Below, piece by piece: positions 33,606-36,143 of a stretch of 36,143 bases of DNA. The translations under genes were made by a program, and so were the position numbers. Source of the stretch: an uncultured Oscillospiraceae bacterium (GTDB lineage: Bacteria > Bacillota > Clostridia > Oscillospirales > Oscillospiraceae). The stretch's first letter is position 1; each line of letters starts with the position of its first letter. The DNA lies in NCBI GenBank assembly GCA_964497655.1, contig CAZCDJ010000002.1:1-36143 (forward strand). The letters run 5' to 3'. The notes under the pieces are model-generated. The model was not told where the DNA came from. It saw only the letters and a list, made by a program, of their open reading frames with translations, and did no database searches.

Positions 33606-34757
33606 TTATCTCAAAGCCACCTGGCGAATGGCGGCCACAGCCGCGTCTATCTCCGCCTCGGTGGTGGAATAGCCAATGGAAAATCGCACCGTTCCCCCGG
33701 GGAAGGTGCGAAGCACCCGATGGGCGCTGGGCGCGCAGTGCAGGCCGCAGCGGGTAAGGATGCCGAACTCCCGCTCCAGCGCGAAGGCCGCCTCGGCGTT
33801 GTCCCTGCCCTCAAAATCCACAGAGATCACGCCCACCTGCCGTTTGGCGCTGCCCGGCCCCGCCACACGCACGGGCACATGGGCAAGCCCCTCCAGAAAT
33901 CGCTGGGTGAGGGCCAGCTCGTGGCTGTGGAAGCTCTCCACGCCCCGGGACAGAATGAAGGAAAGGGCGGCGTTCAAACCGTAGATACCCGGCAAATTCA
34001 GGGTGCCGGACTCGAAACGGTCCGGCAGATAGTCCGGCTGCTCCTCGCTGTCTGAGGCGCTGCCTGTGCCGCCGGTGACCAGCGGCGTGAGCTTTTCCGC
34101 AAAGCTCCTGTCCAGCAGCAGCGCGCCGATGCCCTGAGGCCCCAAGAGACCCTTGTGGCCGGGGACGCACAGGGCGGCAAGGCCCAGCTTTTCAAAGTCG
34201 ATGGGCAGATGCCCCGCAGTCTGGGCGGCGTCCACCACCAGGGGGATGCCCAGATGCTTGCAGCTGTGGGCAAGATCGGACAGCAGCAGCGTGGCTCCGC
34301 AGACGTTGGAGGCGTGGCTCACCAGCACCATCCGGGTATTCTCCCGCAGCAGGGGCACCACGCTGTCCACCTTCGTCTCGCCGTTTCGATCTGCCGGCAT
34401 CCGGGAGAACACCACGCCGCTTTTCCGCAGCTCCGTGAGGGGCCGCATCACCGCGTTATGCTCCAGCGAGCTGACAATCACATGGTCGCCGGGGCGCAGA
34501 TAGCCCCGGATGACCTGATTCAGGCCGTAGGTGGCGCCGGGGGTGAAAATCACCTGGCGCAGATCGCCGGGGAAATGGAACAGCTCCTTTAGCTGCTCCC
34601 GGGTCTCCAGCACGGTCATGGCGGCGTCGGAGGCTCTGCCGTACACGCCCCGATTTACATTCGCGCCGTTCTCGGTGACATAGCGCGCCATGGCCTCCCC
34701 CACGCCGGGGGCTTTGGGGAAGGAGCTTGCCCCGTTATCCAGATAGATCGTTTGCAT
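33606..34757 (-). CDS. Class V aminotransferase: cysteine desulfurase / selenocysteine lyase family
   Basis: 383 aa. [17 protein letters not shown]-lysine in [13 protein letters not shown], and catalytic Cys in [12 protein letters not shown]. It lies immediately upstream of selD with a 31-nt spacer. Confidence 0.8.
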   Translation of the reverse strand: MQTIYLDNGASSFPKAPGVGEAMARYVTENGANVNRGVYGRASDAAMTVLETREQLKELFHFPGDLRQVIFTPGATYGLNQVIRGYLRPGDHVIVSSLEHNAVMRPLTELRKSGVVFSRMPADRNGETKVDSVVPLLRENTRMVLVSHASNVCGATLLLSDLAHSCKHLGIPLVVDAAQTAGHLPIDFEKLGLAALCVPGHKGLLGPQGIGALLLDRSFAEKLTPLVTGGTGSASDSEEQPDYLPDRFESGTLNLPGIYGLNAALSFILSRGVESFHSHELALTQRFLEGLAHVPVRVAGPGSAKRQVGVISVDFEGRDNAEAAFALEREFGILTRCGLHCAPSAHRVLRTFPGGTVRFSIGYSTTEAEIDAAVAAIRQVALR

Positions 34758-34789
34758 TTTGTGTATCCTTCCCCGTCCATAAAATATAC

Positions 34790-35959
34790 TCAGCCGATGT
34801 AGCCGGCCTTCCGCAGCAGCTCTGCCGCTTTTTCGTGGTTTGCCTCGCTCATCATCACCAGCGGGCCGGTGCAGCCCATGCCTGTCTCAGCGTAAATGCC
34901 GGATTTCCACAGGGTCTTGGCGGCCTCCTCCAGATCCATCACCTCAATCCCGGCGATGGCGGCGGTGCAGGGCTCGGAGGGGGGCGCCTTCACGTCCTCG
35001 TCCGCCGGGGCAGCGCCCTTGGCGCTCTGCTTCCGCTCCGCGAGAATCCGGCTCAGCCCGGCCTTCTCGGCCTTGGCGTACTCCGACGCCGCAGTCTCGA
35101 ACACCTTGCCCCGCACCAGCTGGGCGGCGTACTCCAGCGCGTTTGCAATGAGGGGAGCGCCGGAGGCACGGGAGATGATGAGAATCAGCTTGTCGTAGTC
35201 CTTGCCGATGCCGGGGCCGTAGCCGGAGCCCACGGCCTCAAAGCTGCCGCCGGTGGAAAAGGCGGAGAGCATCTTGATAAGCACGTTTCCCGTGAGGGAG
35301 TCGGTGACCAGCACGTCCGGCACGCCCTGCAGCACGTCGTTGCCCCGCAGCACCGCGCCGCCGTCCGCCCGGGCGGAGGAGGCCCAGCGGAAGTGGTATC
35401 CGCCGGCCTTCAGCTCGTTAAGCGCCATCTCGGTCTGGCGGGCGCCGTCCACGTTCAGGATGCCCAGAGTGGGGTCGGGATTCCCGCAGGCGCGGGCGGT
35501 GATGAGACCGCAGACCGCGTTCTTGATCATGCCCTCAATCCGGTCGGCACTGGAGGTGCCGGTGGTGTTGGCGATGTACATTTCCCGCCCTTTGGCGGGG
35601 GTAACCACCCGGCCCACAGTGGAAACACCGATGGGGAACGGATAGTGCATGGTGACTGCGCCATCCACCGCGCGGGTATGGAGCAGCTCCTCCATCTTCT
35701 TATGTCCGGCCTCGTCACAGTCCACATGGATGGTGGTGACGCCCTCAGCCTCCAGTGTGCCGATATAATAGACGTCCACGCCCCGCTTTGCGGCCATGAG
35801 CGCGGCGGCCATGGCGTTTTCCTCGCCGTGCTCGCTGCCCATGCCGGTGAGGGCGATTTTGGGCCGCCGGCCGAAGGCCCCGGTCTCAAGGCCATCCGCC
35901 ATCTCCTGAAAGGCGGCGGCGATGGTTGCGTTCAGATCCTTCACTGTGTCACCCCTCAT
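34790..35959 (-). CDS. grdD: Glycine/sarcosine/betaine reductase complex component C, alpha subunit (GrdD-like)
   Basis: 389 aa, PlsX-like fold ([13 protein letters not shown]..., [33 protein letters not shown]). ATGA overlap with the upstream gene. Identified from remembered similarity to GrdD. Confidence 0.7.
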   Translation of the reverse strand: MRGDTVKDLNATIAAAFQEMADGLETGAFGRRPKIALTGMGSEHGEENAMAAALMAAKRGVDVYYIGTLEAEGVTTIHVDCDEAGHKKMEELLHTRAVDGAVTMHYPFPIGVSTVGRVVTPAKGREMYIANTTGTSSADRIEGMIKNAVCGLITARACGNPDPTLGILNVDGARQTEMALNELKAGGYHFRWASSARADGGAVLRGNDVLQGVPDVLVTDSLTGNVLIKMLSAFSTGGSFEAVGSGYGPGIGKDYDKLILIISRASGAPLIANALEYAAQLVRGKVFETAASEYAKAEKAGLSRILAERKQSAKGAAPADEDVKAPPSEPCTAAIAGIEVMDLEEAAKTLWKSGIYAETGMGCTGPLVMMSEANHEKAAELLRKAGYIG

Positions 35960-36143
35960 TCGGACGCGCCGAGAAGCGTGGCGGCAAACTCCCGCATGGC
36001 CTTGGCGATCATGCCCTTGACCTCCTCCTCGCTGACGCCGGTCTCCGCCTTCTCCGCTCCGCTGTTGGCGCGGATGACAAAGGACACACCGTCAAAGAGG
36101 TTGGTCATGCGGCCCAGGAACAGGGAGCCCTTGCCGATGATCA
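35956..36143 (-). CDS. grdC: C-terminal end of the upstream gene, probably grdC (component C beta subunit); 5' end lies outside the window
   Basis: Open minus-strand frame to the window edge: ...[61 protein letters not shown]-stop. The TGA overlaps the grdD ATG (ATGA). The assignment is mainly by synteny with grdD. Confidence 0.5.
   Translation of the reverse strand, partial: IIGKGSLFLGRMTNLFDGVSFVIRANSGAEKAETGVSEEEVKGMIAKAMREFAATLLGASE

Noticed and set aside
1-36143. Search for tRNA(Sec)/selC, other tRNAs, rRNA, CRISPR arrays and mobile elements
   Set aside because: All intergenic segments longer than 40 bp were read on both strands. None shows a cloverleaf with a UCA anticodon and long variable arm, or regularly spaced direct repeats. 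No ORF resembles a transposase, integrase or recombinase. This was inspection by eye only, so a dedicated tRNA scan would be definitive.

Overview
High-GC chromosomal segment of a spore-forming Clostridia-type Firmicute, judged only from composition and protein signatures. Almost all genes are on the minus strand. From low to high coordinate: (1) sigK. (2) Two tandem SDR genes; the second is a truncated remnant with its own terminator. (3) A DeoR regulator convergent with a six-gene operon (AdeC-like amidohydrolase, PotABCD-like ABC importer, MBL-fold hydrolase), driven by a consensus sigma-A promoter, with a divergent M20 amidohydrolase. (4) A cytoplasmic glycan-utilisation locus: YesM/YesN-type two-component system, sugar ABC importer, GH5, GH30 and a 1039-aa GH94-clan-like protein of unknown specificity. 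Its response regulator carries an in-frame TAG inside the AraC DNA-binding domain. (5) A stand-alone Cys-rich protein divergent from a TetR-GT4 pair. (6) A long co-directional selenium block: grdC(partial)-grdD-class V cysteine desulfurase/Sec lyase-selD-selA-selB-yedE-tusA-like-DUF3343-rex-ridA. The main correction to the ORF track is selD. Its true start is ATG 33574, and the frame passes through an in-frame TGA (33526-33524) at the active-site position, so SelD is itself a predicted selenoprotein, with hairpins downstream that could serve as a SECIS. I found no tRNA (including tRNA-Sec), rRNA, CRISPR array, transposase or integrase. The many long plus-strand ORFs are antisense shadow frames typical of high-GC DNA. 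All family assignments rest on motif recognition by eye and need HMM or BLAST confirmation.
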